Origin: Chiloscyllium plagiosum
Lineage: Eukaryota
Assembly: GCF_004010195.1 (NCBI RefSeq)
Contig: NC_057719.1
Span: forward strand, 54,395,035-54,459,034
Direction: 5' to 3'
DNA length: 64,000 nt
Below the pieces are notes generated by a model. The model had not been told where the DNA came from. It worked only from the letters and a program-made list of their open reading frames with translations, and did not search any database. This document shows positions 53,776 through 64,000 of this stretch, piece by piece. Position 1 is the stretch's first letter. Each line of letters opens with the position of its first letter. The translations under genes and the position numbers were made by a program.

Positions 53776-54269
53776 ATGGAAATCATATCTGGAACTCCAC
53801 AGCTTTCTGCTTTTATTGTCTTCTATGTGTTGGCCTGAAACACCTACCAGTTCTATGTGGATTAAGGGCATATCTGTTCCAATTCATGAAGCCTTGCAAG
53901 ACCTCCAGTGCAGCAAAACTTGGATGTTATTTCTCCCACATGTGTGGCAGCATTCCCAGTTTGATTCCCTGATTAATTTCCTCACGTGACTGCCAGCACT
54001 AACTCCAGCCACAGTAACCTCCTGTTTCAGACCAACAGACTGAGTTTGAGAGGCGATAACACTAGCCATATTTGAGACTGGGTGCAACCAATGAAAAGCA
54101 TGGCTCACGTTGGTTGAATGTTACTGTCATTATTGAAGTGAAAATACAGCATGATGTTAGTGTGCTACCTGATCAAAATCAACGTGTGCAGATTTATTTT
54201 GCTTTGAAAGCCTCACAGCTACTCCCTGCCAATGTTGTGCAGTTTGATAGAAAGAGGTTAATTTTTTTT

Positions 54270-55335
54270 TAAGTACTACTTAAAGGGAGAATGACTGCAG
54301 AATTGAGATACAGAGGGATTTGGGTTTTCTGATGCAGGGTTCAAAAAGCTAGCTTTCAGTTACAGCACATCACTACAAAGGCTAACAGGATTCGATTGTA
54401 TGAGGAACTAAACATAAAATAGAATTCCATACTTAAAGTTGTACAGACCTTAGTGAGATCACATCTCATACAATTTTGTTCTTTTTTTTATAGAGAAGAA
54501 AGTAATTGAATCGAGATGGTTTAGAGACAGAAGGCTGTACAGGACATTAGTTTTGGCCACTTTTTGACTATTGCGTGCAATTCTGGTCTCTCTTCTATCA
54601 GAAGGCTGTTGTGAAACTTGAAAGGGTTCAGAAAAGATTTACAAGGAAGTTTCTAGGGTTGGAGGATTTGTGCTGTAGGGAGAGGGTGAATAGGCTGCTG
54701 CTGTTTTCCCTGGAGCATTGGAGTCTGAGGGGTGACCTCATAGAGGTTTATAAAATTATGAGGGGCATGAGTAGGGAAAATAGATAAGGTCTTTTCTCTG
54801 GGTTGTGGGAGTGCAAAACTGGAAGGCATAGGTCTAGGGTGAGAGGAGAAAGATTTAAAAGGGGCCAAAGGGGCAGTTTCCATGCTATACATGTCTATGC
54901 CTCTATTTCTAGATTGATACCTGGAATGAGCAAGTTCTTTTGTGAAGATAAATTACACAGGCTGGGTTTTTGTTTTCTGCACCGAGTTTAGAAGAGTAAG
55001 AGGTTAGTTGATTGAAGTGTATAAAATCTCAAACTTTCTTGACATGGTTAATATGGAAAGGAGGTTTCCTCTGATTGGTCAGTCCAGAAGTAGTGGCAAC
55101 GTTTTAAAATTAGGGGTTGCTCTTTCAGGACAGAGAAGATGAGAAATGCTTTCTCTCAGCAGGTTATGCAAATTTGGAACTCTGCCTGAGAAGTGCGGGA
55201 GAGGTAGATAGATTGTTGTTAGGGAATCAAGGGTTATTGAAGGTAGTTGGGAACGTGGAATTCAAAACACAAACAGGTCAGCATCAATTTATTGAGTGGC
55301 CAAATGGTCTACCTTTGCTCTTGCTTTGTATATTT
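54270..55335 (+). mobile_element. Nested CR1 3' fragments
   Basis: QFWSLFYQKAVVKLERVQKRF...LRGDLIEVYKIMRG at 54575-54787, inside an older CR1 3' end. Confidence 0.85.
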
Positions 55336-55563
55336 TCCAAGTATTATCAAATATGAGTTCTACACATCTCAATACCAATCTGGGAGGGTATAGTTGCTGA
55401 CCAGATGCTCAGAGTGCAGAATATCTGTTCTGCAGGGCCAGGTACAGACTTTCACTTGGGAAGAGTTTTTCCCAAAGCTGTAAAGGAACAGTTAATTGTT
55501 TTAAAAGAATGAACTCTTTTGTTAATGGTTCACTCTGATTTTTTTTTTGAAGATTAAGAACAT

Positions 55564-55950
55564 GGGGACAGTATCATAACTGTAATCCTACTGAACCAGC
55601 AATCGAGAGGCACAGATGGAAGATCCCGAAATGAATTCCAATTCAATCACAAAACAAAGAGGAATTTAAACTTAATTAAATTAACAAATCTAGAATAAAA
55701 TACTATTCAATAATGGCCTTGAAACTACTGGATTGTCCTAAAAAGAATTTTTTTCACTAATTCTCTTTTCAGGAAGAAATCTGTTGATCTTACTTATGTA
55801 ATATGGTCCCAAAAGCCTGAAAATGATTATATAATTTATTATTTTCCTTCTGTCTATACCAGATTCACTCCATTTTCAAGAGAAAATTGGGACGGAAATA
55901 AATGCTTGGCCCAGCCAGTGATGCCTACATCCCCACAAATGAATAAGAAA
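55564..55950 (+). mobile_element. Old tRNA-derived SINE
   Basis: Head similar to the 7808 copy. 3' end aataaatgcttggcccagccagtgatgcctacatcccc..aatgaataagaaaa. Confidence 0.55.
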
Positions 55951-57262
55951 AACTGTAGTTCTGCCTGTTATGATAGGAGATTCTACTTAAGGCAGTATAT
56001 TCAGTGTGATTGGATACTATGAACTTATTGGCTTGGTCCTTGTTGGAACCCGGGAGTTATTTGCGTAGAAAATAGTTTTAATCTATTTATTTAAGAAATC
56101 ACTTAAATAGAAAGTGAATGTCTTAAAGATAGATTTTGCTTGCGTACTTTGCTTTTAATACAATTTGAATTCAAAGATTCCATGTGCTGCATTTATAAAG
56201 AGTCACCACTCTTCCTGCCAATTAGGTTGCTTTGAGTTTGCAAAAATCAGTTGGCTGCCGTCATGTCTGCTTCATAAATTCTGATAGGTTTTGCTGTTTT
56301 AAATAACTGATGTATCGAATCAATCAATCCCCTACAAGCCACTGATTATTTGACCATGGCAATACAATTATTAAATTGACCAAGGAATCTATAATTATGA
56401 GGGGACAGGAAGCATGTTGGTTCTAATTCCTCCTGTAAAGACCGTGTCTTTTTGGTTTTATGTGTTTTTTAACAATTGTGGACTGGAATGAAAAAGCATG
56501 TTTAAAAAATATGTTTTAAAGAATTGCTGCGATATTTGAAAAGGATGTGACCTGACATTCATAATAAACAACATGTAAACTACTGTTTGAACAAACATCC
56601 TCTGGGTTGTGAACTCCGCCCTGACTCTGTTCACAAGCCGGTTAATGCGCAAGTCTAAAGACGATGCAAGACAATACAAAGCAGTCATTTTCCAGCATAG
56701 GAAATGTCCATATGTCAAGTCTTTAGAATTACATCCCTGTGTGGGGTCATGTTCATAAGTTGGGCACCCATGTACTCAAAGATTGGGTTGCAGTCAAATT
56801 GGTGCCAAGGGGTTGTGAACAGATGCAGCTCTGGTGGACCACAAGAATGATGACAAAAGCCTTTCACCTGCCAACAACTGTGATAGGTTCTTAGGCAACA
56901 GAGAAGCTTGGTCCTGCAAAGAAGATAAAAGTGATTGGATGTCCTCCGGCTCAGGAGCTGTCTCCGTCCACGAAAGTCAAAACCCACTTTAAGCCTGAAG
57001 TTAAATGATATATCTTTCCTTTGCCAGTTGTTGTCCGCTGTATTTCAAAACTGCCAAGTCAGGAACCTTTTATAAGTGAACCAGCCATGTATATCTTACA
57101 ATCCAGTGGAAGCGTCCAGACAATGATGACAGAAATGCAATGTTCCGACCAGCATAAGAATCATATGGATCATGTCAGCAACCAATGGATTGGAACCACT
57201 GAGCTGCTTTCCCAGTTTTCCTAGATCATAACATTATCTGTGCTCAACCATATGTAAGGGGA

Positions 57263-57398
57263 AAAGTAGGCAAAAGTGAGCACTGCAAATGATCAGAGTG
57301 TAGATTAGAGCGATGCTAGAAAAGCACAGCAGGTCAGGCAGCATCCGAGGGGCAGGAAAATCGACGGTTCGGCAGAAGCCCTTCATCAGGAATGAAGG
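57263..57398 (-). mobile_element. Solo PLE pLTR with hammerhead core
   Basis: Minus strand: attc-CTGATGA-agggcttctgcc-GAAC-CGTC. 15-bp TSD ccatatgt(a/t)agggga at 57248-57262 and 57399-57413. Confidence 0.88.
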
Positions 57399-58019
57399 CC
57401 ATATGTTAGGGGAGTTTATCAGGGATTAGAGTTTTAGCTCATATTGTTATCGACTCATGCATTATAATTGTTAATCTGTAGCTAGAGTCTCTTCATTTGT
57501 AATAAATAATAATTCTTGTTAAGTACAGAAACCTGGTCCATGCTGTCTGTAAACTGGGTCTGGAGTTTAAGAATTTTATCTACTTATCTTAATATCTAGC
57601 TTTTGTGATGATTCCCGAATAGCAAGATTGATTTTCAGTGAGCTACCCAGTGAGTCAACAATATGTTTATCAAGAAGCTATGTTCATCAGCAAAGCACCA
57701 TGTTAATCATTAAGACATTACATTCATCAAGATGCTCTCAGTAGGAATCTCTAAGTGAATCTTAAAACCTTTCATGGGGTCATCATTATGATGTAGCAAG
57801 CAAGAACTGTGAAACAGTGTAAGATCACTGATGGGATGTTTTAACATGTGGAATGTTTGGAACTCCTAGAATAGTTCAAATGTTATATCAGGAAACATTT
57901 GAGGGAGAATTTCTGTCCAAGTTCTCCTGATGGTATACCATATCTACATGGAGCCCCAGTGGAATTATTTGTTGTCATTTTCCCAGGGTAGCTCACTTTC
58001 TCTATTCATATTTAGTATT

Positions 58020-58865
58020 TTACCAAGTGCTGTCTGTACTTCTATATACACTGGAGATATGGACAATATACATTCAAAATCTCAAATCACTACAAAAATA
58101 TCACAATTTGTCTACAAAACCCAGCCAATCCAATAAGAGTGTACTCTCTCAGGCTGACATCTCTAGTAAGAAGGTATGTGTTCCTGTCAATCATCTGTGT
58201 TGGGTAGTTCACCTCATCTGTACATCTGACAATACTCCCAAAACAGGCTGTCTACTCCAAGCTTTGTCACTGCAAGTCGTTACCAGGAAGACAAAGAAAA
58301 TGCTTCAAGAATATTCTCAAATGTCCCTGTAATAAAATATAATATTCCCAGAGATTCATGAGAATTTATTCATTAGTATTGGAAGACCACTTGAGGAGCA
58401 GCATTAAACCAGTACCAACCATCTCAAACATCTCCAACAAGCTCATGTGGCAGTTGAAAAGTGAGGCACTGGAAAAGAACAGCAGGTCAGGCAGCATCCT
58501 TGGAGCAGAAGAGTCAACATTTTGGGTATTATCCCTTCATCAGGAATGACATTAGGAATGACGTTCCTGATGAAGGGCTTATGCCTGAAACATTGATTCT
58601 CCTGCTTCTCGGATGCTGCCTGACCTGCTGTGCTTTTCCAGCATCATACCTTTTGACTCTGATCTTCAGCATCTGCAGTCCTCACTTTCTCCTAAGCCCA
58701 TGTGGCAGCCAAGACAAACAGCAGGAGCAGCACATGGAAACTTGTGCATTCCATAGACTCATCTGATCAAACATTATCTTCCCTAGCAGTGGCAGGGTGT
58801 GCACATTTAGCATTGGATTAATTAATTACCTCAGTACCCACAACTTCCTCAGTCCTAAGAGGAAA
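58020..58865 (+). mobile_element. RTE-clade LINE 3' end, decayed
   Basis: LSVLLYTLEIWTIY...NKSVLSQA...HLCWVVHLICTSD...PKQAVYSKL...GRQRKCFKNILK matches RTE LLYGxETW...LRWxGHVxRM...PK...GxxxKRxKD. Confidence 0.8.
58454..58693. mobile_element. Fold-back PLE pLTR pair with a hammerhead core on each strand
   Basis: ~58469-58548 is inverted to ~58563-58641. Plus-strand core CTGATGA-agggcttatgcct-GAAA at 58567-58590. TSD aagc(t/c)catgtggcag at 58439-58453 and 58694-58708. Confidence 0.9.
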
Positions 58866-59478
58866 TTATTAAAAAAGAATAAAGTGGCATCTGTAATGTA
58901 CTATTATGGAGCATAAGAACATAAAGAAAATCACATTTTCTTTCATGCTATTTATGCATTGAATAGAATTTTGTGGCTCCAGTCAACTATGGAAACCATT
59001 CAACAACTAGCCTTACTTCTGCAAAAATAAACGGGCCAGGTGTTCAGGAAACACAACAAATGATTTGACTAACTATTGCCAAGAATTTCTTTGACTTTAC
59101 ATGTGATAACAGACATTGCTGAGTGAAAAGCACAGTTCAGAGTCAAGTTGGCTTTGCTTATTACTTTTCTCACATTAGATTATGAGGTGAACCAGTTTAT
59201 TAAAAAAATGCAATATGTTAAGTCCATTGCAGAGTATTGTCATTGGGAAAGTCTCTTCAACAAAATTATGTCTTTTTTCCAATTAGACAATTTTGATGAA
59301 ATCAACTGAGCAACTCTTAAAGCTCTAAAGAGATCAATACAGCTGGGAGCAGATTGCTTTGTCAAGTAATATATATTTTCTTGTATTGCCTGCCAGACAG
59401 AAGACTAAAAGTTCAAATCCCACAGCTGTTGGTCACTTCATTTGAACTGGTTTCTGCGAATTTAACCAAGTGTGTGTG

Positions 59479-59497
59479 GTCCACTAGATGGAGCACA
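59479..59497 (+). promoter_or_regulatory. Candidate CTCF binding motif
   Basis: gtCCACTAGATGGAGCAca has one mismatch to the CTCF core CCACYAGRKGGCRS and lies in non-repeat sequence. Confidence 0.45.
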
Positions 59498-59879
59498 AGA
59501 TGTTCGTCTCAAGGGGAGTAGATACTTATTTTCGCTCAATTCTTCTGAATGTCGACCACCAATTCTCTTGTTGGTCACCAACAGAACAAGAAAAAAGGAT
59601 ATTAAGAACACATGATGGAAGAATAGGCAGGATTAACTGATTAAATAATGGGAAAGGGATCATTCTGAACCCCTCTCTGAGCTATTTCCCACACACCTGC
59701 AACATCACCACCAAAAACAGGCAGTTTTGGGTCTGGCAATGAGTTACAATTAACAAAAAGATTAAGCCGTAGTGCAACCCAAATAGAACATCTTCATTTC
59801 TGTTTTTAACAGAAATGCGATGGGGGCAATGGCTGACCAACCGGCTTTCAGTGTGTAGGTTCCTCAGAAGTAAATATCT

Positions 59880-60185
59880 TAATGAGACTGCCTACCTAAA
59901 AGGAACAGCAGAAACTTCCTTTGTCAAATGTGGTATTGTGGTATTGGAAAAAATGACCAAAAGCATGGTCAAAAGATAGATTTTCAATATTGCCTCAAAC
60001 AAATGAGAGAGAGAGAGAGAGGCAGAGGTGGATTGTGACAGAGCAAGAAAGAGTTTTTGAGAGTTTAGGGCTGAGACAGCTGAAAGCATGGCTGCTAAGA
60101 TTGCAGTTGAGAGATTGAGGATAAGTAAAATATCCCAATTGGAGGGGTATAGAAATCCCAAAACTTGCAAGGCTAGAAGAGGTGA
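59880..60185 (-). mobile_element. L2 LINE 3' end
   Basis: Minus ORF SAVSALNSQKLFLALSQSTSASLSLSHLFEAILKIYL resembles the L2 C-terminus AFS...LWNSLP...SLSSFK..LKTYLF. Confidence 0.55.
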
Positions 60186-60199
60186 GAAAATTTACTCCT

Positions 60200-63190
60200 A
60201 CCTTTCATGGTGCACTCAGATTCAGTCTCCTGATCATACCCCACTTATTAAATGGTGACAGAAAAGCAAGCAGTTAAAGGTCAAAAGTCAAATTACTTAG
60301 GTTAATGAGATAGAACAGCCCACGACAGAACAAAATTCTGCAATAGTCCTAGCTGTAAACAAATGATTCAGACCTACTTTTTGAGCAAAAATATATCTAT
60401 TTCAAGTTGGAAAGAGTGGTGAATGTTATTTAATTATCAGATCATGAACCATTGTTGAGAAAATACCAGTTGCAGTTGGCAAAAGTACAATTACATGGCC
60501 TTGTAGCCATGGCACTTTAGATTAAGGGATGCTTTGAGAAACTCTGCAAGATAAGGAATGCCAGATAATAAAAAATTGATGTGAACTTCAGAACCAAGAT
60601 TCCTCATTTGAGTGGGAATGTGCATTTTGCTCTCAACCTTCTTAAAATAGTTGAGATGGTTGAAGAAGATGAACTAGAATACCTAATGCTATTTAAAGCA
60701 TTAGGAAAACAATTTGGAATATATCACACTGAAGCAAGTTGCTAAACTGTGGTAACTAAATAACATTACAATTCTATGTAGTTTAACAAAACATGTTAGG
60801 AAACATTTGCCAAGATGATAAAATAGGTGTAATTTGCCTCGTTACAAAACTAAGTGATGTTTAGTGATGGTTATTGTACACAAACATAATGGCTGCATCC
60901 AAATTTTTGTTGATTTTACTCAGGTCAGTAAGGTAATGGTGAGAAAAGTCCTCCTTACGTTTGCGGCTGACAAGAGTTACACTGGGGGCGGCACGGTGGC
61001 ACAGTGGTTAGCATTGCTGCCTCACAGCACCAGAGATCCGGGTTCAATTCCCGCCTCAGGCGACTGACTGTGTGGAGTTTGCACGTTCTCCCCGTGTCTG
61101 CGTGGGTTTCCTCCGGGTACTCCGGTTTCCTCCCACAGTCCAAAGATGTGCAGGTCAGGTGAATTGGCCATGCTAAATTGCCCGTAGTGTTAGGTGAAGA
61201 GGTAAATGTAGGGGAATGGGTCTGGGTGGGTTGCGCTTCGGCGGGTCGGTGTGGACTTGTTGGGCCGAAGGGCCTGTTTCCACACTGTAATCTAATCTAA
61301 TCTAATCTAAATTATCCAAAAGTAGAGTTTTGGTGTAGAAAGTGGATTCTGGCACATGCCATTGGACAAGCAATAAAGATTGCTTGCCACATTCATAACT
61401 CCGTTTGGGAGATTTTACTTTCACAAATAATTATTTGGGATTGTTTAAGTGTCAGAGATTTTTCAATGGACTCTCAATATTTTACAGGGTCTTTGAGGTA
61501 CCATATGGTGCACGGATGACATTGATACATAGGGAAATAATCAAGGACCATGATCAGAGAGTGCACTAACACAAACAATTAGAAAGGCTCAAGCTTAATA
61601 ACAAGTCTGAATTCTCCAAAGAATCAATTCACTTCTTGGGGCACATTGTCAACTGTAATAAAATAATGGCGGACCTGTAGAAGACTAAAGCTATCAAGAA
61701 GTTTCCCATTCTCAAGTTACTAACAAACCTTCAAAGATTCTTAGGGATGATAAACCAGGCAAAATGTTTACTTCATTTGGCAAACTATGACAGAACTCTT
61801 GAGACAATACTTCAACACAACACAAGGATGGTGTTGGGACCTACAACAAGAGGATACATTTCAGGGGATCAAGGGCATGTTGATATGGGCTAGCACATTG
61901 TGCTAACCCACAGTAATCTGGCCTTTGCAATCATTGTATTGGCTGATGTTAAAGCAACAGGCTGAGGAGCAGTATTCTTCCAGGAGCAACCAGATGGTCT
62001 CCTATACAGGAATGTGATTGGCTATGATTCAACAGAAGGTTCTTTACTTTGCGTGGGTTGTAAGGTATTTTCAGAATATATCCTTAGTCCTTCGGCATCT
62101 TGGCTTAAAAGTGGACATGAAAATATAGCATAAATGTTTAGTTGCTCTACTGGATGAGAAAGAACAAGCAAGGGCACCAAATTACCAAAATTTGCCTTTG
62201 AAACAATATGAAATATGTACAGTGGAAAATGCAGATGTGGTCTTCAGGGTGATGGTCAATAGCCTTACTATGCATGACATTGAGTTTGTTCAGGAAATTG
62301 AGTGATATATTGTAAAGTCCAATGTGATGCATGGTCAGAAAGCCATAATCAGCTTCATAAGCTAAGGCAGGAGCAAGTGAGTAACAAGAATGATTCACCA
62401 TTTTTCAGTTTTGGGGAGGGGGTGGGGGTTTCAAATGTCAAATGTTGCTGGGGGGAGGTCAAGGCTAAAGATCCATCTTATTAAGTATGAAATCTTATTG
62501 TGAGCAAGACACCAATGTACAAACATGGAAGACTTACAGTTAACAACTGGTCATTCCAGCTTCACTTCAGGATTTCCTTGAGAATCATCAAATGTGGAGC
62601 CAGAACCTGGCAGCAATGTGATAACCTGCTATCTGTAAGGCAATTGAAAATCTCATAGCCATTGTGAAACTTGTGATATCCACAAACCAGAGCTACAAGA
62701 ATCACTGATACCTGTAACATTCCCCAACAGACTGAGAAAGCCTATAGACAGAGGCTTATTCATACCAAAGGGAAGTCTGACCTTACTGCTATTAATTATT
62801 GCTTGTGATGGGTAGAGGTTAATAAGTTACACATCATAATTATGGATTATGTTATGTAAGTCTTTAATGAGATATTTGCAACACATGGTATCCCTGAGGG
62901 AGTCATTTTTGACAACAGACTGCTGATTGTTGTTAAGTGCTTCAGCCATTAAGCAACTAATTCTGGATCTGAACATTACAAGTACCCACAAACATAGCCA
63001 AATATGAAGGCTGGCAGTGACAGTGGTTTTACAGAAAAATGCTAATTCTCATACACCACTGCTAAATTACTGGTTCACCCCTTCCAAATGTGTTCCTGCA
63101 CCAGAGTTGATGATGGAGCAGGAAGCTGAAAACTCAAGGCCATATCCTACTAAACAGATTGACTTATGTTTATACCCACAGGGCTATCAT
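60200..63190 (+). mobile_element. Decayed Ty3/Gypsy pol (protease region, RT, RNase H, integrase)
   Basis: VIVHKHNGCIQIFVDFTQV; SGFWHMPLDKQ*RLLATFITPFGRF; WCTDDI; LQRFLGMINQ; and integrase IFATHGIPEGVIFDN at ~62870-62915. Confidence 0.9.
60984..61310 (+). mobile_element. Full-length young HE1-type SINE
   Basis: Pol III A box tggcacagtgg (60997-61007), B box ggttcaattcc (61041-61051), V-type core gtgtggagtttgcacgttctccccgtgtctgcgtggg, CR1-like 3' end and (TCTAA)4 tail. CpGs intact. Confidence 0.95.
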
Positions 63191-63208
63191 GGAGAATAGC
63201 TCATTGCT

Positions 63209-63910
63209 TGATTGATTGACTGTCACATGTACTGAAGTACAGCGAAAAGCTTTAGTTACGAACAGTACAGGCAGGTCAGAGTAAGCAAGGATGGACAGAT
63301 AGGAAAGACTTAGACAGAGGCATTCAGATTACATTGTACAGGGAGTGCACTCGGCGAGATCAGCATCATGTCATGTCAAAGGAACAGGAGAATCAACGTT
63401 TCGGGCATAAGCCCTTCTTCAGGAATGAGATTCTCCTGCTCCTTTGATGCTGCCTGACCTGCTGCGCTTTTCCAGCAACACATTTTTAAGCTCTGATCTC
63501 CAGCATCTGCAGTCCCCACTTTCTCATCCAAGATCAGCATCATTTAAGACTAGAGATTCCATTCATCATTCTTAAATGGCCAAGAAGAAGCTGTTTGTGA
63601 AACCTGCCAGTGCATGTGTTCAAGCTTCTGTATTTTCTGCCTGATGGAAGAGTTGGAGGAGATCATTACTGGGGTGACAGTGTTCTTTGATGATGTTGGA
63701 AGCCTTTCCCTGGCAGCAAGCCATATAAATGGAGTCCATGGATGGAAGGTTGACTTCTGTGATGGTCTGGGCTGTGTACACAACCTTCTGTAGTTTCTTA
63801 CAATCCTGGGCAGGGCAGTTGCCATACCAGGCCATTATGTATTCAGACAATATGCTTTCAAAGGTGCCATCTGCAGAAGTTGGTGAGGGTCCTTGTGGAC
63901 ATGCCAAATC
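63209..63910 (-). mobile_element. Rex1/Babar LINE 3' end
   Basis: Minus ORF ESILSEYIMAWYGNCPAQDCKKLQKVVYTAQTITEVNLPSMDSIY...KASNIIKEHCHP. (TTGA)n terminus. Confidence 0.88.
63370..63530. mobile_element. Partial fold-back PLE pLTR inserted in Rex1/Babar
   Basis: Perfect 13-bp TSD agatcagcatcat (63357-63369, 63531-63543). Minus-strand core CTGAAGA-agggcttatgccc-GAAA-CGTT is enclosed by the inverted tcaaaggaacaggagaatc / gattctcctgctcctttga. Confidence 0.9.
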
Positions 63911-64000
63911 AGATCAGATACTAATAGGCTTTATCATGCAAGATGTTTGGCATATTTGAACCATGGAAATGTGCATTGTTAAGACATGTTATGAGGAAAT

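Noticed and set aside
60984..61055. tRNA gene
   Set aside because: It has A and B boxes but runs directly into the SINE body and tail, so it is the tRNA-derived SINE head.
48190..63190. Two Gypsy pol regions as one inverted duplication or an intact element
   Set aside because: They are related at the protein-motif level, but I saw no close nucleotide identity. Both are full of stops and I found no paired LTRs.
1..64000. CRISPR array, rRNA or prokaryotic operon
   Set aside because: No regularly spaced repeat-spacer array, rRNA-like sequence or gene-dense organisation. The content is vertebrate repeat DNA.

Overview
This window is AT-rich, repeat-dominated vertebrate genomic DNA. Its repeat complement (HE1-type SINEs, Deu-domain SINEs, abundant CR1 LINEs, Penelope-like elements) points to a cartilaginous fish, probably a shark; that taxon call is inference. 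I found no convincing host protein-coding exon, so the window looks intergenic or deep intronic, and the recognisable ORFs in the track are transposon debris. Contents: many CR1 LINE fragments (one near-complete ORF2 at 8560-11563 nested in an older CR1), Penelope-like elements (PLEs) with GIY-YIG domains, two decayed Ty3/Gypsy pol regions plus a gag remnant, RTE, L2 and Rex1/Babar LINE ends, Harbinger accessory-gene remnants and several SINEs. Most interesting: (1) about 18 minimal hammerhead-ribozyme-like cores from at least four PLE repeat families, many in 90-490 nt solo or fold-back insertions with 10-21 bp target-site duplications; (2) a decayed class I fusion/Env-like reading frame at ~19920-21100; (3) a retrovirus-type RT fossil at ~30930-31800; (4) two templated local rearrangements at 3750-4189 and 10960-11064. 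Family names come from motif recognition by eye, not database searches. Boundaries of old repeats are approximate, roughly +/-50 nt.
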